DNA from: Pseudomonadota bacterium
Lineage (GTDB): Bacteria > Bdellovibrionota_B > Oligoflexia > Oligoflexales > CAIMVM01
Direction: 5' to 3'
DNA: 29,474 nt
Assembly: GCA_037142195.1 (NCBI GenBank)
Contig: JBAXBA010000040.1
Location: 1 to 29,474, forward strand
The translations under genes were made by a program, and so were the position numbers. The notes under the pieces are model-generated. The model saw only the letters and a program-made list of their open reading frames with translations, searched no databases and was not told the origin of the DNA. Below, piece after piece: positions 1 to 9,057 of the stretch (positions are counted from its first letter, which is position 1; each line of letters starts with the position of its first letter).

Positions 1-139
1 GCTGGCATGAATGATTCTCCATATAAGGTCGCCATTCAAATATCCAACAATTCAGGAAAAAACGCTAGCAAAAAATCATGGAAAAGGAAGTTTGCATAAA
101 AACCCATAAAATACTGCAGGTTATATTTCAGGCAAGAAA

Positions 140-1246
140 TTAAATTATGAGTTTTACTTTATAAAGATGCCATTGGTAATACATCCCCCCACATACTGGC
201 TTCCACTTAAATTTATTCAGATCGATTGCGGCCAATTGCCGTTCACCTGCAATTTCATTTGGGGTTTTCTCATCATGGCAGTAATGAACTCGGTAGGAAT
301 TGTAGTACTCTTGGAACACTAAAAGCTTTGCAAGTAAATCTGACTCACTCCAAAACAAAATATGATCAGTAAACTCTCGTCGGCAGCTTCCAATTAGACG
401 CTCGATGAAAGGGTGACTCCATGGGCAATAAGGAACCGATTTAATTTCTTGGATGTTGAAGTTATTTTCCAGATTTGCTTTCCAGAGCCAATAATTGAAG
501 AGAGGATCGTGGTCAGTTGAGATATATTTTGGCCAGTCCTTGCCGGAAGCTATTTTGTTAAACATATAACAGACATTGCGACCACTGAAAGGGCCTTGAC
601 GAACTGAAAATCTAACTATTTTTCCTGTAAATTGATCCATGTCTACCATCACCCAAAATGAACGTAAAAATACGGACTCCAAGCGAAAAAGATCCATAGA
701 CCAAAGCTTATTAGGGCTATTTCCAATAAGCAAAAGCCAAGAAGGTCCCTTTCCTGGAAGGGGACGGTAATGCTTTGCAAGAATCCTTCTTACAGTCTCG
801 ACGTTAATTGGCTCGCCAAGCACGTTTCCTACAAGCAAGGCAATTCTAGGACATCCGTATGAGGGATTCCTCTCCTTGGTTTCCACAACTAATTTTATCA
901 ACTCTTTGGAAGGTCCCTTAGGACCTGGTTTTGATCTAGTTTTCTTTGAAAAAAGTCTAGAGTATTTTCTATCTACTAAAGCCCGATGGAAATTCAGCAA
1001 GGTCGATTCGGCAATTGCTATCGCTGACCTACCAATTCGCTTCGGTGTCATCACTAAAGTACAAATACCCATGATAAGTCTGTCGGTTGATGTGAGAGGT
1101 GGGCACTTTTTCTCGCCCCTGGTCAGGACTAACGGCTGTTGCCTAAGAAGCAAGACTTCAGCAACCAACCCATAGGAACCTGCAGCCCTTAAAAGTCTAA
1201 TTAATAGGCAAACCGCATATAAGATTTTTGTCCCGATCTCAATCAT
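140..1246 (-). CDS. IS-like DDE transposase (integrase core domain, IS3/IS481-like)
   Basis: HTH-like region (ERNPSYGCPRIALLV...VETVRRIL) precedes an rve-like core with probable D/D/E residues in WSMDLF, ISTDHDPLF and PFIERLIGSCRRE, followed by YYNSYRVH. No terminal inverted repeats were identified. Confidence 0.8.
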   Translation of the reverse strand: MIEIGTKILYAVCLLIRLLRAAGSYGLVAEVLLLRQQPLVLTRGEKKCPPLTSTDRLIMGICTLVMTPKRIGRSAIAIAESTLLNFHRALVDRKYSRLFSKKTRSKPGPKGPSKELIKLVVETKERNPSYGCPRIALLVGNVLGEPINVETVRRILAKHYRPLPGKGPSWLLLIGNSPNKLWSMDLFRLESVFLRSFWVMVDMDQFTGKIVRFSVRQGPFSGRNVCYMFNKIASGKDWPKYISTDHDPLFNYWLWKANLENNFNIQEIKSVPYCPWSHPFIERLIGSCRREFTDHILFWSESDLLAKLLVFQEYYNSYRVHYCHDEKTPNEIAGERQLAAIDLNKFKWKPVCGGMYYQWHLYKVKLII

Positions 1247-1388
1247 AGGGGTGATTCTAGCGAAAGTTAAAATTTTTGCTAGACTGCCCGAAAGGGCCCA
1301 TTTGTGGTACTTCTAGCAATTTGAGGAGCCACACGTGATCGAACTAGGGATTTGATCTGTCCGAACCGAACATCCCGTCAGTATGATT

Positions 1389-1769
1389 TTACTTTTTGTT
1401 CTTTTTTGGAGCAGTCGAAACTATTTTATTATGAAATTCTTTAAGGTGAGTTGATGCCCATACAGCCAACCCTTCGAGCACAGGACGAAGAGCTGCTCCA
1501 CTCTCTGTCAATTTAAATGCATTGTTACGGGCCGATTTTTCTGGATGCACTCTTTTGATAAGTCTTAGCGAGACAAGAAGTTCGAGTCGGTCGGCCAAAA
1601 TGTTCGTCGAAATGTGCTCAGGCGACTCAAGCAACTCTGAATATGTTCTGGGCCCGTGAATAATTAAATCTCGAATAATGAGCATCGTCCATTTGTCACC
1701 CAGAACATCAAGTCCTGAACAAATGGGACAAACCGATCGCCATTCTATATTTTCTTCACTTTTTGCCAT
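1389..1769 (-). CDS. HxlR-family winged-helix transcriptional regulator
   Basis: N-terminal CPI, then LDVLGDKWTMLIIRDL, ISTNILADRL and FKLTESG, all typical of HxlR/DUF24 proteins. Confidence 0.9.
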   Translation of the reverse strand: MAKSEENIEWRSVCPICSGLDVLGDKWTMLIIRDLIIHGPRTYSELLESPEHISTNILADRLELLVSLRLIKRVHPEKSARNNAFKLTESGAALRPVLEGLAVWASTHLKEFHNKIVSTAPKKNKK

Positions 1770-1844
1770 AATTTATTTTGGCTTAAATCTTAGTTTTAAG
1801 CAATAAATCCTACTAAAAGTCGCTTATGAATTTTAGACTTTGCG

Positions 1845-2162
1845 TTACATACCTTCAATTAAGAGGATTTGTCCACTTTCGGTTAATTCATTCATTCTTA
1901 GTTCTTTTAACGGCTTATATTCAGAGGAATTGTACCAAGTTTTTGCCATTTCCAGACTCGGAAAACGCAAAATGGCGGCCCAACTTCCATCCCACTTTCC
2001 CTCAAGTACGTTAGGTGAAGGAGTTCCTGCCATCATTTCGCCGCCGTATTTGATTAAACTTGGGATAGCGTACTGAGCATAGCGAGTAGATAGTTCTTCG
2101 ATATTTTTGGCTTTCACTTGAACTAAGAAGTAGGCTGGCTTTTTGGGATTAGAGTCTGTCAT
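1845..2162 (-). CDS. DUF1330 domain protein
   Basis: Motifs YGGE, LEGKW, FPSLEMAKTWYNSSEY. Start moved from 2204 to the ATG at 2162, which follows AAAGGA. Confidence 0.85.
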   Translation of the reverse strand: MTDSNPKKPAYFLVQVKAKNIEELSTRYAQYAIPSLIKYGGEMMAGTPSPNVLEGKWDGSWAAILRFPSLEMAKTWYNSSEYKPLKELRMNELTESGQILLIEGM

Positions 2163-2215
2163 TTTAATTCCTTTGGTAGAATTGGTTTTAAAAATACATT
2201 TCAAATACTGAAGGA

Positions 2216-3202
2216 CTATTTAGAAATAGCTGCGGCCATTTCTATGAGGGAATTTTCGATTGGAGTTGGCTTCCAATCGAGTAATTCGAAAGTAGAGCGA
2301 TTATCGAACGATGCTTTCTGACCTAAAAATGGAATCATGCCCTTTGCTTCGCGATCAAAGAGACTCATTATTTTCAAGAGCGCACTCGGCGCCTTCATAG
2401 ACGGCACCTTCGAGTAACCAGCTTTTTTTAGGACTTGTGCTACAGTTTCCATCGAAACAGGCTCGGCACTCGCGGCAATAAAACGCTTTCCTGCCGCTGC
2501 CGGTGAGGTCATCGCTTTCACATGCAATCGTGCAACGTCCCGAACATCAATCATTCCCATTGCAACATCTGGTATCATTGGCAACTTACCTTTAATCATA
2601 TCGGTGAGCATTTTCACATTTTGTCCATCGACGGCTCCACTGATGGGGGGGCCGAAAACTCCACCAGGATTGATGACTGTCAGTTCCATTTCGCTGCCTT
2701 CTAAAGCTTTCCAAGCTGCTTGCTCAGCAAGAGTCTTACTTTTTAAATACGCACCTATTTTTGCATTTAAATTCGACCACTTCTCAGGACCAAATTTTCC
2801 GCTCCCATTTCCTGCCATAATGGCCGCAGTCGAAGAAGTCAGAACGACCCGTTTAACTTTTGCTCGCTTGGCTGCTGCCAGAACTCGCTGAGTGCCCTCA
2901 ACAGCAGGAGTTATTAGGTCATTCTCATTTTTTGGCTCGGCAATAACAAAAGGAGATGCAACGTGGAGCACGTATGTGCAGCCATTCATAGCGGCATCCC
3001 AACCCTTGTCATCAAGTAGATCGGCCTCAGTAAAGCTGAGCTTTTCCGCCGGAGCGACTTTTCCGATGGCCAAACGAGTGGACTCACCTTTGTTTTTGGA
3101 CCTAATTGATCCGACGACCTCATAGCCTTGCTTTAAAAGTTCTACAGCACAATGTTGGCCGATGTATCCTGTGATTCCCGTTACAAGCACTCGTTCATTC
3201 AT
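2216..3202 (-). CDS. NAD(P)-dependent aldehyde reductase / dihydroflavonol-reductase-like extended SDR
   Basis: TGITGYIG Rossmann motif, VLHVASP, TSS, catalytic YLKSK, and IDVRDVA. Start placed at the ATG at 3202, which follows AAAGGGA. Confidence 0.9.
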   Translation of the reverse strand: MNERVLVTGITGYIGQHCAVELLKQGYEVVGSIRSKNKGESTRLAIGKVAPAEKLSFTEADLLDDKGWDAAMNGCTYVLHVASPFVIAEPKNENDLITPAVEGTQRVLAAAKRAKVKRVVLTSSTAAIMAGNGSGKFGPEKWSNLNAKIGAYLKSKTLAEQAAWKALEGSEMELTVINPGGVFGPPISGAVDGQNVKMLTDMIKGKLPMIPDVAMGMIDVRDVARLHVKAMTSPAAAGKRFIAASAEPVSMETVAQVLKKAGYSKVPSMKAPSALLKIMSLFDREAKGMIPFLGQKASFDNRSTFELLDWKPTPIENSLIEMAAAISK

Positions 3203-3231
3203 GAATAATTCCCTTTGTTGGTCATTTTTAT

Positions 3232-3280
3232 GACTTGCAAAATACAAGTCTAAACAGATAACTTGTAAAATGCAAGTTAT
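3232..3280. promoter_or_regulatory. Two tandem palindromic operators ACTTG-N7-CAAGT, probably for the HxlR-family regulator
   Basis: GACTTGcaaaataCAAGTC (3232-3250) and ATAACTTGtaaaatgCAAGTTAT (3258-3280) lie 30-80 bp upstream of the reductase start. Confidence 0.65.
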
Positions 3281-3574
3281 TAAAATCGCAGCCATTAAAC
3301 TGCAGTTATTATTGGTTTAAAGATTACTTTTGAGACTTCATCTGTTGGTGAGAGAATTTCTTTATCGCGTTTCTTTACGCGGTTGTTCAGAAACAAAACG
3401 AAACTTTACGAAATTGAAGATCTCTTTGTATAGAAATCAAATCCGATGATGTTGAAATACGCAGAGGAAAAGTAGTTGATTGAGCGGAATAGAATAGATA
3501 TTGAATAAAAGTTCCAGCAGAAAAAACAACGCCTTAATTTCATAAGTTATTGAAATCATTAATTATTTTTAAAA

Positions 3575-3597
3575 TGGTGGAGGTGAGGGGAATCGAA
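3575..3597. repeat. Distal att core: displaced copy of the tmRNA 3' end
   Basis: TGGTGGAGGTGAGGGGAATCGAA is identical to 21555-21577 (23 bp). Identity ends inside the T-loop. Confidence 0.97.
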
Positions 3598-3606
3598 AGC
3601 GATGAT

Positions 3607-3670
3607 TAACTAGCTGATATTGATATATAAATTTGTTCTAAAAAAGTAACTTACCCCTAGTCCTACCCCA
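3607..3670. promoter_or_regulatory. att arm: IHF-like site plus integrase arm-type repeats
   Basis: The reverse complement of 3607-3619 is TATCAGCTAGTTA, fitting WATCAR-N4-TTR. AACTTACCCCTAGTCCTACCCCA (3648-3670) matches the repeats at 21418-21452. Confidence 0.7.
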
Positions 3671-3891
3671 TTTACAACGAAGCTCCAATCAAGCGTTTTG
3701 ATCCGAAGAAATATAAACAGTAATCAGCTAAACCTAGATGAATTGAAGGAATAGATTCTATCCAGTAATTAAAAAATACCTACTTCAAAATTGATTTCAT
3801 TTTAGTAATTAACATATTGCTATTCTGGTCTGATGCAATTGCGTAGAATATTCTTACAAAATTTTGAAATGAAAGAAAAGGTCAACAAAAG

Positions 3892-5142
3892 ATGACTACA
3901 GAATACTGGACTTGTATTGGGGTTGACTCGAATGTCCCATGGCCAATTAAGGAAACTAAAGTCACGTTCGACGGTTACGAGTTTATTTTGCGTCCAGAAA
4001 CAGAGACACTTGCCCCTTCAATTGCATTTGAGCATGGCTCAAAAGGAATTGATCCAGATGATGCGCTCACGATATCCAGAAGATTTATGAGTTCTCTTTC
4101 CTGGGTGTCAAAGCAGGGTTTGCGCGAAACTACATTGGCTGGAGGCAGTAAACCAATTTACATAGGAAAAGGGCAAATAAATAGGACTAGGACCAATCAC
4201 TTCGATCCTGCTTATCTTCCAGTTTTGACGGAGCGGAAACCGCTTTTAGCTCTGGCTCTTTACCGGGACGCTCTCAGTACTAACAATATAGCCTATCAAT
4301 TTTTAGGCCTATCTAGAATTCTAAATATAATCTCAAATAGCCCTTATGAGCAAAAAAAATGGATAAATGATAATTTAGATAAAATTATTGATAGTGAAGT
4401 TTTAAAGATAGTAGGCCAGATTAAGAACGGTTCAAAAAGTGTTGGCGAGCATATATATAATTCTGGTAGATGCGCGGTAGCTCACGCCTACTCAGAACCT
4501 ATTGTCGATCCAGATGATTCTAAGGACATTAGAAGGATGCATGATGAGCTGCCATTGATAAAGGCGCTTGCAGAAATTTTTATTGAGCACGAGTTGAACG
4601 TTAAGTCTCAAAGCACAGTTTCGCGCGAGCACCTCTACGAACTAGCTGGATTCAAGGATGCGATCTCAGAATCAATATTCAAGGAAATTTTATCAAAAAC
4701 CAGCAGAAGAGTAAAACCGTCTGAAATTGACATAACATTTACAATTGGTCTTCGAAGTAAACCCGTGTATTGTGGACTTTCAAAAATGACGATCTTAGAA
4801 TCAAATATGAAAAATTCAATCCTCAGTTTGGCACTGAGTACAGACGACAAAAGCGTTCAAATTTGGATAGGCCTAGATTTTGCGAATGAGAAACTTATTT
4901 ATGACCCTTGCAATGGCATGAAATTTTTCGATAGACATACAAATGAGTCACTAGTTGCAATCAAGAGCTTTATTCAATTTAAAAGAGATCTTTTTCTAAA
5001 TGGATGTTTTGAAGTCCGAAATGCTGAAAATAATGAGATACTTGGGTATACCAACGCGTACATACCAACTGTTGAAATCGACACCTTGGCTATAGAGAAA
5101 ATAATCTTTCACATTGATGATTTGCTTATTCACGGTCGTTAG
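3892..5142 (+). CDS. MauJ-like / ApeA-like HEPN domain protein, putative defence RNase
   Basis: LALALYRDALS...YQFLGLSRILN helix followed by the R-x4-H motif RCAVAH. AT-rich gene at the island end, oriented opposite to the R-M operon. Confidence 0.65.
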   Translation: MTTEYWTCIGVDSNVPWPIKETKVTFDGYEFILRPETETLAPSIAFEHGSKGIDPDDALTISRRFMSSLSWVSKQGLRETTLAGGSKPIYIGKGQINRTRTNHFDPAYLPVLTERKPLLALALYRDALSTNNIAYQFLGLSRILNIISNSPYEQKKWINDNLDKIIDSEVLKIVGQIKNGSKSVGEHIYNSGRCAVAHAYSEPIVDPDDSKDIRRMHDELPLIKALAEIFIEHELNVKSQSTVSREHLYELAGFKDAISESIFKEILSKTSRRVKPSEIDITFTIGLRSKPVYCGLSKMTILESNMKNSILSLALSTDDKSVQIWIGLDFANEKLIYDPCNGMKFFDRHTNESLVAIKSFIQFKRDLFLNGCFEVRNAENNEILGYTNAYIPTVEIDTLAIEKIIFHIDDLLIHGR

Positions 5143-5195
5143 TGGTTAGGTCGAGTCTTAATTTAAATGGTTAGTTGCATATTAGCCATTTTTTG

Positions 5196-6653
5196 TCAGC
5201 TCGTCCGCAACTCCTCGATAAGAGTATCAACGTTTTGCATGGCTTGCGCTAACAATTCTTTAATTTGGGCAGCATATTCCTGAGGTTCTAGCAGCTCCTC
5301 TTGCTCGGGTCCATGGGGATTGTAGTTACCAGCAGAAATATTGAATCCTGAATCAATTATTTTTTGCACTGGTACAAGCCAACTTCGGTCTGACTCCGGG
5401 CGCTTCTTATAGACCTTAATTAGGTCGGCGAAATGCAAGTCGCTAATGCCGGCTTTTTTGGTAAGCTTTTTGGTTTCCAGCAACACCGCTTCGTAAAACC
5501 AAATATCCTTGGTTTGAGTCGTCTTATCGAAAAACAGTACTGATGTCTTAACCGGTGAGTATGGCAAGAACACGCCAGTGGGAAGGCTTACGACCGTGTG
5601 CAGATTGCACTCTTTGATTAACTTTTCTTTAACTTGTTGGTAAGCCTGATTCGTTTGGAACAAGACTCCTTCTGGCACTATGACAGCTGCTCTGCCTCCT
5701 TTCTTGAGTGTCTTCTCAATATGCTGGAGGAATAAAATTTCTGTTGCCGCTGTTTCCACTGGGAAGTTCTTTTGGATAATAGGCTGCTCTTTCCCACCAA
5801 ATGGCGGGTTTGCCAATATAATATCGTATTTGTCTCGTTCATCAATTTGGCGAATATCAGTTTGGAGCGTGTTCTCTTTGAGAATTCGCGGATAGTCCAA
5901 ACCATGGAGAGTCAAGTTCATTAGGCATAGTACAAATGGTAGTGGGGTCTTTTCACGACCATGGAAGGTCTTGTTGTTGAGGATCTTCCGCAGCTCTGGA
6001 GTTTTTGCCTTCGGTTCCAAGTAAAGGTGCGCTTGGGCCAAAAAGCCGCCAGTACCACAGGCAGGGTCATAAATGGTTTCCCCAATCTTAGGGTCTAAGA
6101 GGTGAATCATCGTTTTGATTAGTGGCCTTGGGCTATAATACTCCCCTGCATTGCCTCCGCCTTCACCCATGTTCTTGAGCAGTGATTCATAAATGTGAGA
6201 GATAGCGAAAGTATCCTCGCCAACATCAAAGTGAATTTGCTGGATAAGGTCGATGACTTCGCGCAATAGGTAGCCAGAGTTGACGCGGTTCTGTGTGTTT
6301 CTGAATATAGCCGCGATAATGTCGCGGGGGTCTCCTTCTTTTGCTCCCTTAAGTCCAGCGAGGTATGGGAAAAGTTCATCATTGATGAAAGTGAGGAGGT
6401 CTTTTCCTGTTCGACCCTTCTTGGAATCAGTCCATGAGGACCACTGAAACTCTTTCTTAATGTGTGGATGGTATTCCTCGCCTTCTAATTGAGCTAGAGA
6501 CTGACGTTCCTTCTCTTTGTCAGCAAAAAACTTAAGGTAAAGAATCCAGGACAAAGCTTCTGTATATTGCCAAGCTCCTGTTATTCCATCATCGGTTCTG
6601 AGAATATCGCAGCAACGGTTTATAATGCTTCCGAGTTGTTCTTTTGAGGTCAT
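5196..6653 (-). CDS. hsdM: Type I R-M methyltransferase subunit (m6A)
   Basis: GEYYSPR, motif I DPACGTGGF, motif IV NPPF, and VPEGVLF. Confidence 0.96.
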   Translation of the reverse strand: MTSKEQLGSIINRCCDILRTDDGITGAWQYTEALSWILYLKFFADKEKERQSLAQLEGEEYHPHIKKEFQWSSWTDSKKGRTGKDLLTFINDELFPYLAGLKGAKEGDPRDIIAAIFRNTQNRVNSGYLLREVIDLIQQIHFDVGEDTFAISHIYESLLKNMGEGGGNAGEYYSPRPLIKTMIHLLDPKIGETIYDPACGTGGFLAQAHLYLEPKAKTPELRKILNNKTFHGREKTPLPFVLCLMNLTLHGLDYPRILKENTLQTDIRQIDERDKYDIILANPPFGGKEQPIIQKNFPVETAATEILFLQHIEKTLKKGGRAAVIVPEGVLFQTNQAYQQVKEKLIKECNLHTVVSLPTGVFLPYSPVKTSVLFFDKTTQTKDIWFYEAVLLETKKLTKKAGISDLHFADLIKVYKKRPESDRSWLVPVQKIIDSGFNISAGNYNPHGPEQEELLEPQEYAAQIKELLAQAMQNVDTLIEELRTS

Positions 6654-7840
6654 TTCTTTGGCTTCCGTGGTTTGGGTTTTGTCTTTTTCTTAACTGCAAC
6701 TTTTGACTTGGGTTTTGGAGAGGGCAATTGTGCCACCATTAGCGGCACAAATTCATAACTATCTGTTTTTTCTTGTTTAATTTGAGAATCAATGGTATCT
6801 TTTTGCTCAGCTAAAAGATACAAATCTGTAGCATCAAGAAGTCTTGTGATTTGTTCCTCAGTCGGCAGTTGGCCTTTGAACTTCTTTGGTAGATTCTTTG
6901 AAACAACATAGCTTGCAACACCAACCGGATGGCTTGAGTTTGCTAGTGCATATTCCACGACTGTCCGACTCTTCTCACGACACAAAATAATTCCTATTGC
7001 TGGACCTTCGTCAGGTAGTCGTTGAGTCTCATTGAGGGCGGTAAGATAAAACTGCATCTGGCCAGCATAAGCCGGTTTGAACTCAGTAACTTTAAGTTCG
7101 ATGGCGACAAAGCATTTGAGTGAACGATGATATAACAAAAGATCAATAAAAAAATCTTGGCCATCAACTCGCAAGCGATACTGCGAACCAACAAAGGTAT
7201 ACATCCCACCCATCTCAATAAGAAATTGATTGACCTTGCTGAGAAGTGCAAGTTCTAGCTCTCTTTCAGAGTGTTCTGTATCTAATTCTAAGAAATCAAA
7301 AGTGTACTCATCTTTAATAGCAAGCTGTGCCTGGGCTGCTTTCTCAGCTGGTAGGACTTTGTCGAAGTTTGATTGTGACTTTGCAGATCGTGAGAAAGCA
7401 TCGCTGGCAATTTGAGTCGCTAGGACATTCTTAGTCCATCCAAATTTTTTGGTCATTGCGATATAAAACTTCCGCTCATTAACCGTTTTACATTTTTCAA
7501 GAATCATGATGTTTTGGGTCCAGCCAATTTGTGCCACCAGCTGTGGCACAATTTCATCACCCTTATAGGTCAGATATAAGTCTCTAATTCTATAAAGATT
7601 TCTCCTGGAGAACCCCGCTTGTCCTGGGAACTCAGACTGAAGATCCTCTGATAGCCGATCAATGACTGAAGCACCCCAGCCATCATGCTCCTGACGTTCC
7701 ACTATCATCCGACCTAGTTCCCAATATAAAGCAACCAGTTCCGCATTAACGCTCTTGAGAGCCGTATATTGGGCGGCACGAACTCTTCGCTTAACATCCG
7801 CAAGAAAGCCAGGATAACTGGAAGGAAGTGCTTTGCTCAT
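6650..7840 (-). CDS. YhcG/DUF1016-family PD-(D/E)xK nuclease domain protein with a C-terminal extension
   Basis: LYWELG, GFSRRNL, KDEYTFDFL, FIDLLLYHRSLKCFVAIELK and GQMQFY. Ends in a Lys/Pro-rich tail. ATGA overlaps with hsdS and hsdM. Confidence 0.92.
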   Translation of the reverse strand: MSKALPSSYPGFLADVKRRVRAAQYTALKSVNAELVALYWELGRMIVERQEHDGWGASVIDRLSEDLQSEFPGQAGFSRRNLYRIRDLYLTYKGDEIVPQLVAQIGWTQNIMILEKCKTVNERKFYIAMTKKFGWTKNVLATQIASDAFSRSAKSQSNFDKVLPAEKAAQAQLAIKDEYTFDFLELDTEHSERELELALLSKVNQFLIEMGGMYTFVGSQYRLRVDGQDFFIDLLLYHRSLKCFVAIELKVTEFKPAYAGQMQFYLTALNETQRLPDEGPAIGIILCREKSRTVVEYALANSSHPVGVASYVVSKNLPKKFKGQLPTEEQITRLLDATDLYLLAEQKDTIDSQIKQEKTDSYEFVPLMVAQLPSPKPKSKVAVKKKTKPKPRKPKK

Positions 7841-9057
7841 TTTAAACTCTTTCTTTTCTTTGCTCTGGGACTTGGTGCCTTAGTTGAGTCGGAATTTGTT
7901 TTAGCAGTGAGAATTTGTTCGAGGAGTTGATGGCCTGTACCTTCGGATGGGTCTTGGGGGACGAGGCGACCAGAAAATGCGAGAGACAGAACTGAAGAAT
8001 TTATTGCTTTAAATTGTTGCTTGGCCAAGCCAAACCCATTCAACATTTGCGTAAAAGTCTCAAAAGACCGCCTTGCCGCGGTGTTTGATTGTTGAGTTAA
8101 TATCGGAAACTCAATTTCCGAAAGGCTCTTGAAATACACTCGCTCCCTAACACTACCTTTTGTCTTTTTAGCTATCTCTTTAAGTCCCGCTTCAGACTTC
8201 AAAAAGCTGTACAATAGCCACGAGCACTCAATACCACGCGGCTTAACAACAACGTAGTCTGGACTTGTAATCGCCTGCTCATTGCCATCATACAGGGCAA
8301 GCGAACCTACATTTAGCCTCATCGGATTGTAAAATATGTCGCCTTTTTGTACTAACTTATATCTTGTAGTATTCACGTCGTCTGCTATACGCAAGTCAAC
8401 AACGCCATGCTCATTGCTGACACCGACTCGTCGAAGTCCTTGGCCTCCATTCTTGCATCTCTCTATTCGCTCGGAGTACGAGTCACCAACGGTCGATTGC
8501 ACATCTCCATCGGTCTTTAGGAAAGCGAGTGCCATTTTTCTTGAAAGCACCTCGGCTCTCTCGACGGCTTTTTCGATGGCTTCAATGCGCTTAAAGGTAG
8601 ATTCGATTTTGGTGACGATGCGGCGTTGTTCGGCGAGGGGGGGGATAGAAATTGGAATCTGTCTAGATTTTTCTTGATTTAACTTTGGTACGGTTGATCC
8701 AGTGACAAAGGGCTTAACATTGTACCGCCTCAGGTAATGTAGAAGGAAACTAGAATTGAAAATCGGTATTGTCCTCAATACATGAGCGTGATTATTGACC
8801 CATGTTTTGCCCTCAATTCTATAAGCAATGTCTTTAGTCTTCGACCCAAAATGACCACCATCCTCTGCAAGCAAAATCAGAGGTTCGTCGAAAATGTATG
8901 CGTTATGATAACCTTGCAGACCATTGGCTCCGTAGTACGGATAAGGACCATGAATCCTTAGATTCGCTGCAAGAGGACGCCTTTTTGAGTCCAAGAACTC
9001 CACAACGTTTTCTAAGCGACATTCTGCCCAACTCTCAGGTATTTCCAATTCGCTCAT
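7837..9057 (-). CDS. hsdS: Type I R-M specificity subunit with two TRDs
   Basis: IPESW start, IPPLAEQRRIV conserved region, and C-terminal AFSGRLVPQDP. Confidence 0.93.
   Translation of the reverse strand: MSELEIPESWAECRLENVVEFLDSKRRPLAANLRIHGPYPYYGANGLQGYHNAYIFDEPLILLAEDGGHFGSKTKDIAYRIEGKTWVNNHAHVLRTIPIFNSSFLLHYLRRYNVKPFVTGSTVPKLNQEKSRQIPISIPPLAEQRRIVTKIESTFKRIEAIEKAVERAEVLSRKMALAFLKTDGDVQSTVGDSYSERIERCKNGGQGLRRVGVSNEHGVVDLRIADDVNTTRYKLVQKGDIFYNPMRLNVGSLALYDGNEQAITSPDYVVVKPRGIECSWLLYSFLKSEAGLKEIAKKTKGSVRERVYFKSLSEIEFPILTQQSNTAARRSFETFTQMLNGFGLAKQQFKAINSSVLSLAFSGRLVPQDPSEGTGHQLLEQILTAKTNSDSTKAPSPRAKKRKSLK

Noticed and set aside
3575..3597. tRNA gene at the left att site
   Set aside because: Only the last 23 nt of ssrA are present and the T-stem partner is missing. 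It is an att duplication.
7837..9057. Phase-variable hsdS shufflon
   Set aside because: There is a single hsdS with no silent TRD copies, no adjacent invertase and no evident simple-sequence tract.
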